From a virus (taxonomy: Duplodnaviria; Caudoviricetes): 50,412 bases of DNA. The notes beneath the pieces are model-generated. The model worked only from the letters and a program-made list of their open reading frames with translations, did no database searches and was not told the origin of the DNA. The position numbers were made by a program, and so were the translations under genes. This document shows, in pieces, positions 34,601-42,642 of the stretch; the first letter of the stretch is position 1, and each line of letters starts with the position of its first letter. The stretch lies in IMG/VR virus record IMGVR_UViG_3300018043_000001, positions 1-50,412 of that record. One strand, written 5' to 3'.

Positions 34601-35214
34601 ACGAACGCATCTGTGTAGACAGCCACGTCTGGCAAGTCGGCACATGGCGCCGCCGTGATGAGGGAGTGCCGAGTGGTCAGCTCATCCGAGCGCGTCAGAG
34701 CGCACACCAAAGTCGCAGCAGGACGCGGACCATGCGCAGGAGCGGAAGGCGGCGGCAAGCCCAGCCGCTTCGCGTGACGCCGCTCGCGCCGAATGTCGAC
34801 ATCCGCCTGCGTGAATGCTTCCCGTCGTGCAACCGTGGGCCACTTGTGGTCGAGGGTCGACAGCGACGAGTGCAAGCGGCCCTGCATCGACAACATAGGG
34901 CGCTCGGAGACATCGAAGACCTTGACGGCCTTGACGGGCTGCCACTCGGACTCTCCTGTCTCCTGGTTGAGCGTCAGCGCCAAGTCGCCCGCCACAACCT
35001 CACCGTACGTCAGCCAACCGCGCGTCGTAAGAATCTCCGTCTCGGGGTCGACGCACCAGGCATCAGACTGCCAACCGGCGCGCAGCGCCTTCTGGCGCTT
35101 GGCCTCGTTGCGGTCCGAGATGTCGATGCGCGTCGCCGCGGCCGTCAGCACACGCAGGCGCGTGGCTTTCGACTTGTTCTTGAACCAGCCGGTTTGAGCT
35201 CTGGTGACGGCCAT
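31621..35214 (-). CDS. portal protein containing an intein, with C-terminal MuF-like domain
   Basis: ATG 35214 coupled to the upstream stop. WQSDAW|..Y..VPELRYA, NLSVAGEGW, ADSPV, A.G.DLP.E..G....NHWSAW portal motifs; C-terminal H.ALDG...PGDHPGCSC. Confidence 0.85.
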   Translation of the reverse strand: MAVTRAQTGWFKNKSKATRLRVLTAAATRIDISDRNEAKRQKALRAGWQSDAWCVDPETEILTTRGWLTYGEVVAGDLALTLNQETGESEWQPVKAVKVFDVSERPMLSMQGRLHSSLSTLDHKWPTVARREAFTQADVDIRRERRHAKRLGLPPPSAPAHGPRPAATLVCALTRSDELTTRHSLITAAPCADLPDVAVYTDAFVELVAWFWTEGTIKASGAVVITQSWRVYPENVARIRAALTAVFGPAVPTTRGLQYPAWREGTDEDMAVFALDKYAGQRLGAIAPAPDKVVATGFVRSLTLAQLELFIQTSVDADGHRDARTGANVCVTQSVRARLEPLALASILTGRTPHIYLKDEGCWRLHIRDKATVNPLDAASREWENATVVKRVTYSGQVWCPMVANRTWLARRRGTVYFTGNTYRSSVPELRYAVKFLAHCCARMKLFPAVYLPGAESDEPVPLAHAEGVPMDLSGLAELGLQELGNGRMAMAHLMGDLSTNLSVAGEGWLLGRQNEQTGEEEWGIRSVDELVVTDTSWRLREMPDNPNGVIPWVDLDPDTCVISRIWTPDPRYHLLADSPVKAMLDECEAICILRRIIRATGRSRLSGRGLLCFPNEITFANEPNDDQDPDADTFIADLTKAMMAPITNEGTAESVVPLVVRGPGEFLDKIRHIDFASSFDSEASKTREELIGVIATGFDLPKEVIMGIADLNHWSAWQVSDDVFRHHVEPAVIEAVDALTGAFLRPYLQSYGVPDEWVRRCVLWYDPVELVTHPDRTADSQKAYEDMIISAEAYRKAAGFAEDDAPTVSELEMRRVMDIRALPLNLLMEYAQRFDPTLVVPPITVSGMVPGIKPGGVDMGEGLIPTQPTRPQADAGVGLDKPVSAPAPAQPGPPPAAQNPVPPKPGPPAALTAASGGASISRQLMDVDRQLRIRLQAAANAAMLRQMERAGAKMRTKLGKDETVRTKIDQRRNEHVPFILGKDAMAAAGLTAAGLMNDDWAALREQFMRWTGAAQRQSLRLIGKLVDIPQQAVDQAGNALAVQLDAAWNVFKHALNTIGQQLLSEDPAELDPDALVPVGTLRAVLSVAGGAPSSALTIDASTGGGMSGFVPQIGSGATIQKLAGVGGANVERYVWHHTATTVHPFEPHEALDGVEFHSFTDDALKNPDSFPDNAYFLPGDHPGCSCDAELLYEVAP
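33952..35055 (-). mobile_element. intein (368 aa) with LAGLIDADG-type homing endonuclease region
   Basis: Starts CVDPETEILTTRGW; block B TLDHKW; LVAWFWTEG and SVDADG; block F VWCP; ends YFTGN followed by Thr(+1). Confidence 0.9.
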
Positions 35215-35540
35215 CAGACACGCTCCGAGATGATGCCGGCGATGGCGCTGAACGCCAGCACGGCAGTGATGACGAGACAGGCGGATGCGGCGAGCGATCC
35301 GAGCAAGACGATCGCTACGGCGATCCAGGGTGAGACGCACCACGGGCAGGTGATGAACTCGGCGAGCTTCGGGCGCGCGACCACAGCGGCGCGCATCCCC
35401 GTCATGTCGCGACGGTCGATGTAGCGGCTGCCCGCCAGCTTCAAGCGCACGGGCGCCGTGATCGTGTCGCTGCCCACGAGTCTCGTGAGCCGGTAGGTCG
35501 CCAGGGCGTCAAGCGCCAGCAGGGTTGGGTCGCTAGTCAT
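35214..35540 (-). CDS. DUF1360-like membrane protein
   Basis: LATYRLTRLV..DTIT.P.R...ITCPWCVSPW. Confidence 0.75.
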   Translation of the reverse strand: MTSDPTLLALDALATYRLTRLVGSDTITAPVRLKLAGSRYIDRRDMTGMRAAVVARPKLAEFITCPWCVSPWIAVAIVLLGSLAASACLVITAVLAFSAIAGIISERV

Positions 35541-35877
35541 CTGGCTCCAGGATCGAGAAGTCGACGCTCGGCGCCCAAGCGTGCTGAATGATCACGCCGA
35601 ACGCCTTCTCGGGCGCTCCGGCGATCTGCTTGGTGACCCAGTAGTAGGTGCCCTGCGGCACCGTCGCAGCGTCGTCGTTGGCTGCCAGCTGCAGCGAGCC
35701 GCCCGAGCTGGAGACGAGCAGACCGGCGTCATTGATAATGCCGCGCACAACCTTGGGCTCGATGCTGAGCGCGCCGTTGACGAGCGTCTCGAACAGCTCG
35801 AAGTTGATCCAGCCGTGAGCCGCGTAGCCGTCAGGGCTCTTGAACGTGCCGGTGATCGTGACGTAGGTGAGACTCAT
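35533..35877 (-). CDS. hypothetical virion-associated protein
   Basis: VTITGTF..PDG..A.G...L.ANDD...P pattern seen at fibre N-termini. Confidence 0.6.
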   Translation of the reverse strand: MSLTYVTITGTFKSPDGYAAHGWINFELFETLVNGALSIEPKVVRGIINDAGLLVSSSGGSLQLAANDDAATVPQGTYYWVTKQIAGAPEKAFGVIIQHAWAPSVDFSILEPDD

Positions 35878-36191
35878 CGTCCTGTCCAGGTGAAGGGCGC
35901 TCCGAGCGCTTTGAGAGGCGAACCGCAGCCACAGCCGCGACCGCGGTTGATCCACGCCGTGCGCCCATCGGCGAGCTTTGCTTCAAGGTGTCCGTGAAGC
36001 GATGAGCGGCTCGCAGGGACGCTGGAGGGCGTCGCCAGGGCGAGGTTGAGGGCAATCTCGATGACGCCTCCAGACGCGGCCCTGTAGGCCAGCAGGCGCT
36101 CATCGGTGACGAACACCCGCAGGCCCTGCGAGATCTCCCCGTCGATGGTCACTTCCGCGGGGAAGATGTCCCGCGTGAGGCGCTCAGCCAA
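35874..36191 (-). CDS. hypothetical protein (GCGCGSPLK motif)
   Basis: 105 aa ORF coupled to neighbours; C-terminal GCGCGS.LK. Confidence 0.65.
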   Translation of the reverse strand: MAERLTRDIFPAEVTIDGEISQGLRVFVTDERLLAYRAASGGVIEIALNLALATPSSVPASRSSLHGHLEAKLADGRTAWINRGRGCGCGSPLKALGAPFTWTGR

Positions 36192-36558
36192 CTACCTGAA
36201 CCGCCGAGGCGATGGCAGCGGCGCCACCGACCGTGACCTTGAAGAACCACCCGGCGGGCAGCTTGGTCTGCAGCGAACGGCTGAGCGTCGCGTCGCTGGT
36301 CGGGACGATCGTCGCGCCCTGTACGCCGGTGGACGCAGCGCACGCACTGGTCTGGCCGATGGCGATGGCGACGGTGCCGGCGGTGCCGCCGGTGACCGCA
36401 ACGTAGACGTTCGACGGGAAGCCCGTCTGGTCCTGTTGCGCGGTGCCCGAGACGACGGTGAGCGCCGCGGCGGATGCGTTCAGCTGCGATTCGAGCAGCT
36501 CGACGAGCGCGTCGGACTTGTCGAGGTCGGGATTGAGGATGCCTGCGGTGACGGTCAT
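36184..36558 (-). CDS. hypothetical beta-rich virion protein
   Basis: AGGAG RBS; Ala/Thr/Val-rich jelly-roll-like sequence. Confidence 0.65.
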   Translation of the reverse strand: MTVTAGILNPDLDKSDALVELLESQLNASAAALTVVSGTAQQDQTGFPSNVYVAVTGGTAGTVAIAIGQTSACAASTGVQGATIVPTSDATLSRSLQTKLPAGWFFKVTVGGAAAIASAVQVVG

Positions 36559-36565
36559 GTTTCTC

Positions 36566-37678
36566 CTATGCGGTGATTGGTCCTACGGTGTTGCTGGTCG
36601 CAGACGCCGAGTCCATGTCGATGAACTGTTCGACGACGCACTGCAGGTAGAGCCCGATGTCGGTGCTCTGAGGTTGGTAGGTGTTCGCGCCGGCCCCGGC
36701 GATGTCCGTCCAGGTGACGCCATCCGGCGAGTTTTGCCAGGTGAAGACGTATGACTCCGCGAAGCCCATGTGCGCCCACATGCCGTCCGTGACGTTGCAG
36801 GGCTCAGCGTCAGCGACGCTCAGCGAAGGCGCGGTGAGCACGGGCGCGATGAGGTTGACCGGCAGCGTGGGAACAGGGCCGACGCTGTTGCTCAGCGCGC
36901 TCGTGGACTGCCCCAACACCGTCTGCGTGACCACACAGCGCAGATAGAGCGCCCCGTCGCTCTCCTGTACCAGGTAGCCGCTGACGGTCGCCGAGGGGAT
37001 GTCCGTCCACGTCCCCTCGTCCGGGGAGTTCTGCCACTGGAAGCTGTAGGAGACCGGCGCCGGGGTCCACTGCCAGTCACCGACCGTCACCGCGGCGAGC
37101 GAGCCGCTCAGCATGGCGGCGACCGGCGGCGAGACGTTGACCGGCTCGGTGCTGAGCACCGTCTCCAGCGTGCCCTGCGTGACCGTGAGCATCGTGCCGT
37201 CGCTGGTCGTGATCTGAGCGCAGTGAATGCCATCCTCGGCAGCCAGCAGCAGGTAGGGCGCGCCAGGGCCGGGCTGGCCCAGCGGGTATTGGAAGCTGTA
37301 CTGGCAGGCGATCCCTCCAGGCGCGGCGGACGAGCCCATGCCGTTGCACGGGCCGACGATGCGCACGCGCAGCCCGTTGGGCAACAGCGGCCCCCAGGTG
37401 GTGCTGGGCTGGCTCGTGATCGTGCCGGTGCTCGTGTCCGTGCCGGCGGGCACCGTGATCTCTTCGAGCGTTGACCAGGAGCCGTCTGGCATCAGCTGCT
37501 CGACCACCAGATAGGTGTCGGCGCTCGGCCCCTGACCGGGGTTCAGCGAGATCGCCATAGACGAGCTGAGCAGCAGTGTGTAGAGCTGCAGGCCCTCGAT
37601 GATCAGGATGTCGTCGTCGACCAGCGACCCCCATTGAGTGTTGACGGAGCCGTCGATGTACGGGACGGAAAAGCTCAT
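36566..37678 (-). CDS. virion protein with two C-terminal Ig-like repeats
   Basis: Two copies of PVN..P...G.W....SY.F.WQNSPD..TWTDI..A....Y..Q..D..LYL.CVV. Confidence 0.75.
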   Translation of the reverse strand: MSFSVPYIDGSVNTQWGSLVDDDILIIEGLQLYTLLLSSSMAISLNPGQGPSADTYLVVEQLMPDGSWSTLEEITVPAGTDTSTGTITSQPSTTWGPLLPNGLRVRIVGPCNGMGSSAAPGGIACQYSFQYPLGQPGPGAPYLLLAAEDGIHCAQITTSDGTMLTVTQGTLETVLSTEPVNVSPPVAAMLSGSLAAVTVGDWQWTPAPVSYSFQWQNSPDEGTWTDIPSATVSGYLVQESDGALYLRCVVTQTVLGQSTSALSNSVGPVPTLPVNLIAPVLTAPSLSVADAEPCNVTDGMWAHMGFAESYVFTWQNSPDGVTWTDIAGAGANTYQPQSTDIGLYLQCVVEQFIDMDSASATSNTVGPITA

Positions 37679-38025
37679 GCCTCTGGGAAGCTCCTATAGG
37701 CGCGGAAGGAATAATCGGGAGTGGCGGCCAGGGGGTTGCCCACGGAGTCCGTACCGCGGCCCCTGTAGCGCCACAGGCCCGCCTGGTTGATCTGCACGCT
37801 ACAGGTGAACAGCCCCGAGGCGACGCTCGTGACGTTCGGCGTGCTGAGCAGCTGCGCGATCGTCGAGGGCGGGTAGAGGTCCAGCCACACGCCGGCTGGC
37901 GCGACGCCGATACCGGCGGGCAGGCCGTTGCCCGCCTCGAAGGCTGCCTGCTCGGCGCTCGTGAGCGGACGGGTGACCAGGCAGAACGTGATCACCACGA
38001 GTGATCCAACCGGGTATGTGTTCAC
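37675..38025 (-). CDS. hypothetical protein (Ig-like/BppU-like)
   Basis: SG.F......QAGLWRYR..GT pattern. Confidence 0.6.
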   Translation of the reverse strand: MNTYPVGSLVVITFCLVTRPLTSAEQAAFEAGNGLPAGIGVAPAGVWLDLYPPSTIAQLLSTPNVTSVASGLFTCSVQINQAGLWRYRGRGTDSVGNPLAATPDYSFRAYRSFPEA

Positions 38026-38207
38026 GCCTCCACCTCCATGCCGTAGCCCACGTAGCGGGCCTTCTCGATGCCATAGCCGGTGGTTTGCGCAACGTCGCTG
38101 CCGTAGCCCACGAGCACCGGCGCCTCGAACGCGCAGCCGCTGGACGGCAGGTCCATATCGGAGCCCAGGATCACCGTGGGACCGGCGCGCAGCAGTCCCA
38201 GCCTCAT
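38022..38207 (-). CDS. hypothetical protein
   Basis: 61 aa, 4-nt overlaps on both sides, three xGYG repeats. Confidence 0.55.
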   Translation of the reverse strand: MRLGLLRAGPTVILGSDMDLPSSGCAFEAPVLVGYGSDVAQTTGYGIEKARYVGYGMEVEA

Positions 38208-40102
38208 CGCGGCCAGAGCTGCCCGTCAGCCGGGATCGGCGTCGGTGTGCCCGCGGTCATGATCGGCACCTTGACCGTGCGCGTCGCGATCGGCTCCTGC
38301 CAGGCTGGAAGTGGCGCGGTGTACGCCGTGCCGTTCGGCCCCTGGATCGCCGGCGTGGTGACCGACACGCTGCCGTAGACGTTCGTGGCGGTGACCACGC
38401 ACTGCACATAGCCTGGGTAGTCCTCATCGAGCACGGTGAAGGTCGACTCGGAACCCGCGCCATCGACCCACGTCAGGCCGTCTGCGCTCGTCTGCCAGTC
38501 GTAGGTGAAGGTTGGGTCATTGACCCAGGTGCCGACCTCACAGGTGAGCACAAGGCTGGGGACGAGCGTGCCGGTGATGCTCGGCGCCACGTCGCACACG
38601 GGCACCGGCAGGCCGTAGTGCAGGATCAGCTGCGGCGTGGTGGCGCCGCCGATGCCCGCGTAGTGCTTCATCACGATACCGTCGGGGTTGCCCAGGCACC
38701 AGATGCCGTAGTTGGGCGTCCCGTCCAGCCACGCCTGCACGAGCGCCGTCACAGGGACGTAACAGTTACCGGGATAGGCGGGCGCCTCATAGTCGACGCT
38801 CGGGCCGACCTGCGAGGGCATCGTGTTCCAGGTCACCGTGTTGGCGGCCCACTCGGCCCCGGCCAGCGTGAACATCACAGGCTCAGCCGCACCGTACCAT
38901 GAAGGGTCACAGGCGTAGAGCACCAGCGTCGCGACGAGCAGGCTCAAACCGATCGGCGCGGGTGGAAGCGTGAAGCCGAGCAGCGTACGGAACACGCAGC
39001 CCGTGTCGCCCATCCCGACGCCCCAGTTGTCATAGTTGGCCCACGTCTGACAGCCGTAGCACATCGCGCAGCTGGTCGCGTTCAACATCTGCGAGACGGT
39101 GGTGACGACCGTGACCGAAGCTGTGAAGGGCGTACCGGTGGCAACGTCCGTGACCGTCAGCTCGTCGGTCCCCACAGGCGCGCCCACGGTGAGCGTGAAC
39201 GCCGCCACGCCTCCGTCCCACGGCGCGAACGTGTACTCGCCAGATGAGAAGATCCCGAGGTTGGCACTGTCGCTTGCCCACACGTCAGCGGCGTTGCTCG
39301 ACAGTGAGATCGTGCCGTCATAGCTCGTGCTGGCCGCCATGACCAACACCGCGATCTCGCTACCGGGAGCAACCTCCGTGCCGTCGGCCGACGTCGCGAT
39401 CGTGAACGTGGGCGTGAACGCGGATGCCGCGGTATACAGCGCCTCGATCTGCGCTCCCGTGAGCACGATGCCGTTGAAGAGCGCAGCCTCCTGCACGCGG
39501 CCGGTCCAACACACGATGGAGCTGTTGCTTGCAGGCGCCACATCCCAGCGAGCCTCCGCGCCATGAGCCGAGTAGCTCCACGGCGTGCCCGTGCCGAACT
39601 GGCCGGCCACCATCGCACCATCGACGTAGAGGGTGGCGTAGCCGACTGCCCAGACCGCCGCGTAGAAGTGCGTGGAGCCCGCGGTGATCAGCCCCGCGGC
39701 GCTGGTGAGCGTAACCGTCTCGCTGCCGTTGTAGAACTGGAAGGTGACCGAGCCATCGGCGTTGACGTACAGGTCGCTGGTGGTGTTCACGCTCGGCCCG
39801 TTGCCCACCGTTGTCACGGTGAACAACTGCTGCGAGTTATCGAGCGCGTCGAGCGTCGCCCATGCCATAGCGGTGCCGGTGGTGTCGTCGCTATAGCCGG
39901 GCGACTCCACGCAGCCGCCGGTGAAGTGCGTGCTGGACGCCTCATCGCCGGAGAGCAGGCCCATCTGCGCGAGCGTGTAGGAGCCCGTGTAAACCCCATT
40001 GGAGCCATTCCCCGACGAATCCACCGCAACGCTGCCGCTGGTGTCGTCCAGGCGGTAGTAGAAAGTCGGGGAGAGCGCTTCTACGTCAGCGGCGTAGCTC
40101 AC
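38204..40102 (-). CDS. multidomain adhesin-like virion protein (LamG + Ig-like + DNRLRE/CBM96-like + Ig-like)
   Basis: YYRLDDTSG..A.DSSGNG..G LamG start; TLLGF.L...ATL.LY...W...TVTWN..P...VTALVQAW..G..NYG; final Ig repeat. Confidence 0.75.
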   Translation of the reverse strand: MSYAADVEALSPTFYYRLDDTSGSVAVDSSGNGSNGVYTGSYTLAQMGLLSGDEASSTHFTGGCVESPGYSDDTTGTAMAWATLDALDNSQQLFTVTTVGNGPSVNTTSDLYVNADGSVTFQFYNGSETVTLTSAAGLITAGSTHFYAAVWAVGYATLYVDGAMVAGQFGTGTPWSYSAHGAEARWDVAPASNSSIVCWTGRVQEAALFNGIVLTGAQIEALYTAASAFTPTFTIATSADGTEVAPGSEIAVLVMAASTSYDGTISLSSNAADVWASDSANLGIFSSGEYTFAPWDGGVAAFTLTVGAPVGTDELTVTDVATGTPFTASVTVVTTVSQMLNATSCAMCYGCQTWANYDNWGVGMGDTGCVFRTLLGFTLPPAPIGLSLLVATLVLYACDPSWYGAAEPVMFTLAGAEWAANTVTWNTMPSQVGPSVDYEAPAYPGNCYVPVTALVQAWLDGTPNYGIWCLGNPDGIVMKHYAGIGGATTPQLILHYGLPVPVCDVAPSITGTLVPSLVLTCEVGTWVNDPTFTYDWQTSADGLTWVDGAGSESTFTVLDEDYPGYVQCVVTATNVYGSVSVTTPAIQGPNGTAYTAPLPAWQEPIATRTVKVPIMTAGTPTPIPADGQLWPR

Positions 40103-40103
40103 G

Positions 40104-41012
40104 TCACTCCCAGCGGATCATCGCGGACATGTTGTTCGCCCAGGTACAGGCCACGTACTGGTTGCCGTCCCAGGAGCTGCCGGTCGGCAGGTAGGTGTGT
40201 GGCGCGTCGTAGTGCTGGATCACGACTGGCACACCGGCCGCGAAGTCGGTGTAGAAGTACGTCAAGATGTCCATGCAGGGGTTGTGCAGCTGGGTGTCGT
40301 AGGGGTAGTGCGCGAACACCATGACGTCATTGCCGTCGTCGTCCATCCCCGCGCCCGATGACCAAGAGCCTGGCACCTTGCAGACGGGATAGGCGAACGC
40401 ACCATTGATCGCAGCCGTCTCGTTGGTAACAAACGGCTGCCCAACCGGTGGCAGCATTACCAAGATGCGCTGCGTTGACATCCCGTCGCCCGCACTGCCA
40501 TATCCCCAGAAGTACACATACTCCGCGGTGTCGTTGCCGCTGGCGTCCTTGGAGCGCTCAATCACGAAGATGGAGCGATCATTACCCCATATGTCCGCGT
40601 TGACGTTATTGTGGAACGCCAGCCTGGAACCATCGCCGGAGCAGGCCTGGTAACAGCCCACGGGGGCACCGTCGTAGATCGGGGAGGATTGGTAGGGAAC
40701 CGAGACGTTACCCGTCAACCCACCAGCGCCGTTGCTGCCGTTGCCGAGCAGGATTGTGAAGTACACACGCCAATTCTCGTCAGTCTCGTAGCCGAACTTC
40801 AAGTAGACGGGCAGCTCGTCCTGCAGGCTGTCCGCGAAGGCGAACATCTCGTAGCCGATGAACTGACCGCCGAAATCGATGCTGGCCGTGCTCCAATTGA
40901 TCTGCCCGGTGTCCTCTGTCTGCACGAGCCCACAGGCCTGCACCTGCTCGGAGACAGCCTGCAGATGTTGGAACCCGCCCACAGCCGAGCGCGCACGTAG
41001 GTCAACGCTCAT
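40104..41012 (-). CDS. putative virion structural protein
   Basis: GLVQTEDTGQINW...GYEM..F.DSLQ...PVYLK.GY; ends MIRWE. Confidence 0.65.
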   Translation of the reverse strand: MSVDLRARSAVGGFQHLQAVSEQVQACGLVQTEDTGQINWSTASIDFGGQFIGYEMFAFADSLQDELPVYLKFGYETDENWRVYFTILLGNGSNGAGGLTGNVSVPYQSSPIYDGAPVGCYQACSGDGSRLAFHNNVNADIWGNDRSIFVIERSKDASGNDTAEYVYFWGYGSAGDGMSTQRILVMLPPVGQPFVTNETAAINGAFAYPVCKVPGSWSSGAGMDDDGNDVMVFAHYPYDTQLHNPCMDILTYFYTDFAAGVPVVIQHYDAPHTYLPTGSSWDGNQYVACTWANNMSAMIRWE

Positions 41013-41476
41013 CAGATCCCCGCTTCCAGTGGGATGTAGACGAGCGTCACCGTGACGTCGCCCTCGGTGCCGCTGGCGGGCATCGAGACGGTCGCGGGGT
41101 AGGAGCCTGGCACCGGATCCTCCAGGCCGCCGTCGTAGGGGTCATACAGCGCCATCGCGGGAGCGAACTCCCAGAGCGTGTCATCGCCCGCGGTCAGGAT
41201 GTCCAGCAGCACGCCGGCGTTCCCGGACGGCAACGTGCCCCAGGGCCGCGACAGGTCGGCGGTCTGCTGATCGGCCGTCGTGTAGAGACGCAGGCGCACG
41301 GGCACGTTGGTCGTGAGCGTGAGCGCGAGCACACTCAGGTTCTCCAGATAGAAGATGCCCTGCCAGGCGTCGCCGCCGGGCGTGAGCGTGCCGATGTCGA
41401 ATGTCCGGGATGTACGCGCGAGTGCGCTCACTTGCACCTCTTCCTCTGTTGGGCGCCTGCGGGTGATGATCGGCAT
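41012..41476 (-). CDS. putative minor virion protein
   Basis: T.VPVRLRLY....Q.AD.SRP.GT.P....GVLLD motif. Confidence 0.65.
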   Translation of the reverse strand: MPIITRRRPTEEEVQVSALARTSRTFDIGTLTPGGDAWQGIFYLENLSVLALTLTTNVPVRLRLYTTADQQTADLSRPWGTLPSGNAGVLLDILTAGDDTLWEFAPAMALYDPYDGGLEDPVPGSYPATVSMPASGTEGDVTVTLVYIPLEAGI

Positions 41477-42642
41477 TAGGAACTCGGTGTCGGCAGAGCC
41501 GCGACCAGGCCATAGGTGATGTTCGCCAAGGTCGCGTCCTGCGTGGTCGGAGCGATCACCGTCAGGCAGTCGCCCCAGACCAGCGTCAGCGTGCTGGAGA
41601 AGGTCACAGTACCCGTGTAGGCGCCCGGCGCGAACACGATGGTGCCGATCTGGACGTCCGTCTCCGTGCCGTGCACGCGATGGTAGATCTCGAAGGTGGC
41701 TGTCGCGGTTGCCGGCGTGTAACAGACGGCGTTGCTGATGTCGAACTCACCGGCGAGCAGTCGGCTGCCATCGGCCACAGCCGTGACAACCTGCCGCAGC
41801 CCGCAGGCGCTCGCGGCCGGCTTGCCCTCGTGCCCGCCGTCGAACTCGCAGACCTGCAGGGCGCTGATGGCACCGCTGACGCTTGCCCCGATCGAGCCGG
41901 CAACGCTGTCCACGTAATCGAGCGTCGCCAGCTGAGAGCGTTCGGTCGAGCCCTCCGGCACCTGATGGCCGCTCCAAGCGGGCGGCGTGCTGTTGGAGGA
42001 CGGCGCTCCGGTGAAGGCGGGACCGGCGAGCGGCGCCAGAGCCTCCAGGTCAGTGAGCAGCGTCCCTGTGCCGGTGTGCGACGGCAGGTCTCTCTCGATC
42101 AGGTCCACGGTCGCGCCCGAGTGGCCGTTGACCGTCTGCACGCCCGTGGACGGCACGCTCAGCGCGGTCCAGTCCGCGAGCGTGTCGCCCGAGCCCGAGT
42201 ACATGTAGCTGTAGGGCTGCGCGCTACCCGGATCGGCGTTGTTGGCCGCGATGATGTCGGTGCGGATCGCGATGTCCCCGGCGCTGAAGGTGTATGTCGT
42301 GATCGTCGAAGGGAGCGCGAGCATCGCCGCCTGCGAGCTGACCAGCTCGATGTGCTCGTAGACGGACGGGATGTTGACCAGCGGGACGTGCCCTGTGCTA
42401 TCCAGGCCGCAGATGCCGCTGGGCTGGCCGATGGTCAGGATCAACGTCGCAAGGGCTCCAGCGAGCCCTGCGAGCGTCTCAGGGCTGGTTTCGTCGCCCA
42501 CCACGGTCGAGAACAGCGCGCCCAGCGCGGTGATGACCCAGCTGGCCATCGCCGTGTCCGCGCCCTGCATCGTGGCCTCGTCCAGCTCGGTCACGAGATC
42601 CACCCAGTCATACGGCGCGCGCGAAGGGACGATGAAGCTCAT
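41476..42642 (-). CDS. fibre-like virion protein
   Basis: G..GLDS.G.VP, SQAAMLAL, GD.AIRTD, VQTVNG.SG.V.L, APLAGPAFTG.P fibre motifs. Confidence 0.7.
   Translation of the reverse strand: MSFIVPSRAPYDWVDLVTELDEATMQGADTAMASWVITALGALFSTVVGDETSPETLAGLAGALATLILTIGQPSGICGLDSTGHVPLVNIPSVYEHIELVSSQAAMLALPSTITTYTFSAGDIAIRTDIIAANNADPGSAQPYSYMYSGSGDTLADWTALSVPSTGVQTVNGHSGATVDLIERDLPSHTGTGTLLTDLEALAPLAGPAFTGAPSSNSTPPAWSGHQVPEGSTERSQLATLDYVDSVAGSIGASVSGAISALQVCEFDGGHEGKPAASACGLRQVVTAVADGSRLLAGEFDISNAVCYTPATATATFEIYHRVHGTETDVQIGTIVFAPGAYTGTVTFSSTLTLVWGDCLTVIAPTTQDATLANITYGLVAALPTPSS

Noticed and set aside
25642-35343. Upstream ORF extensions of tail tube (to 26040) and portal (to 35343)
   Set aside because: They overlap well-supported upstream genes. 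Better starts with RBS or coupling exist at 25641 and 35214.
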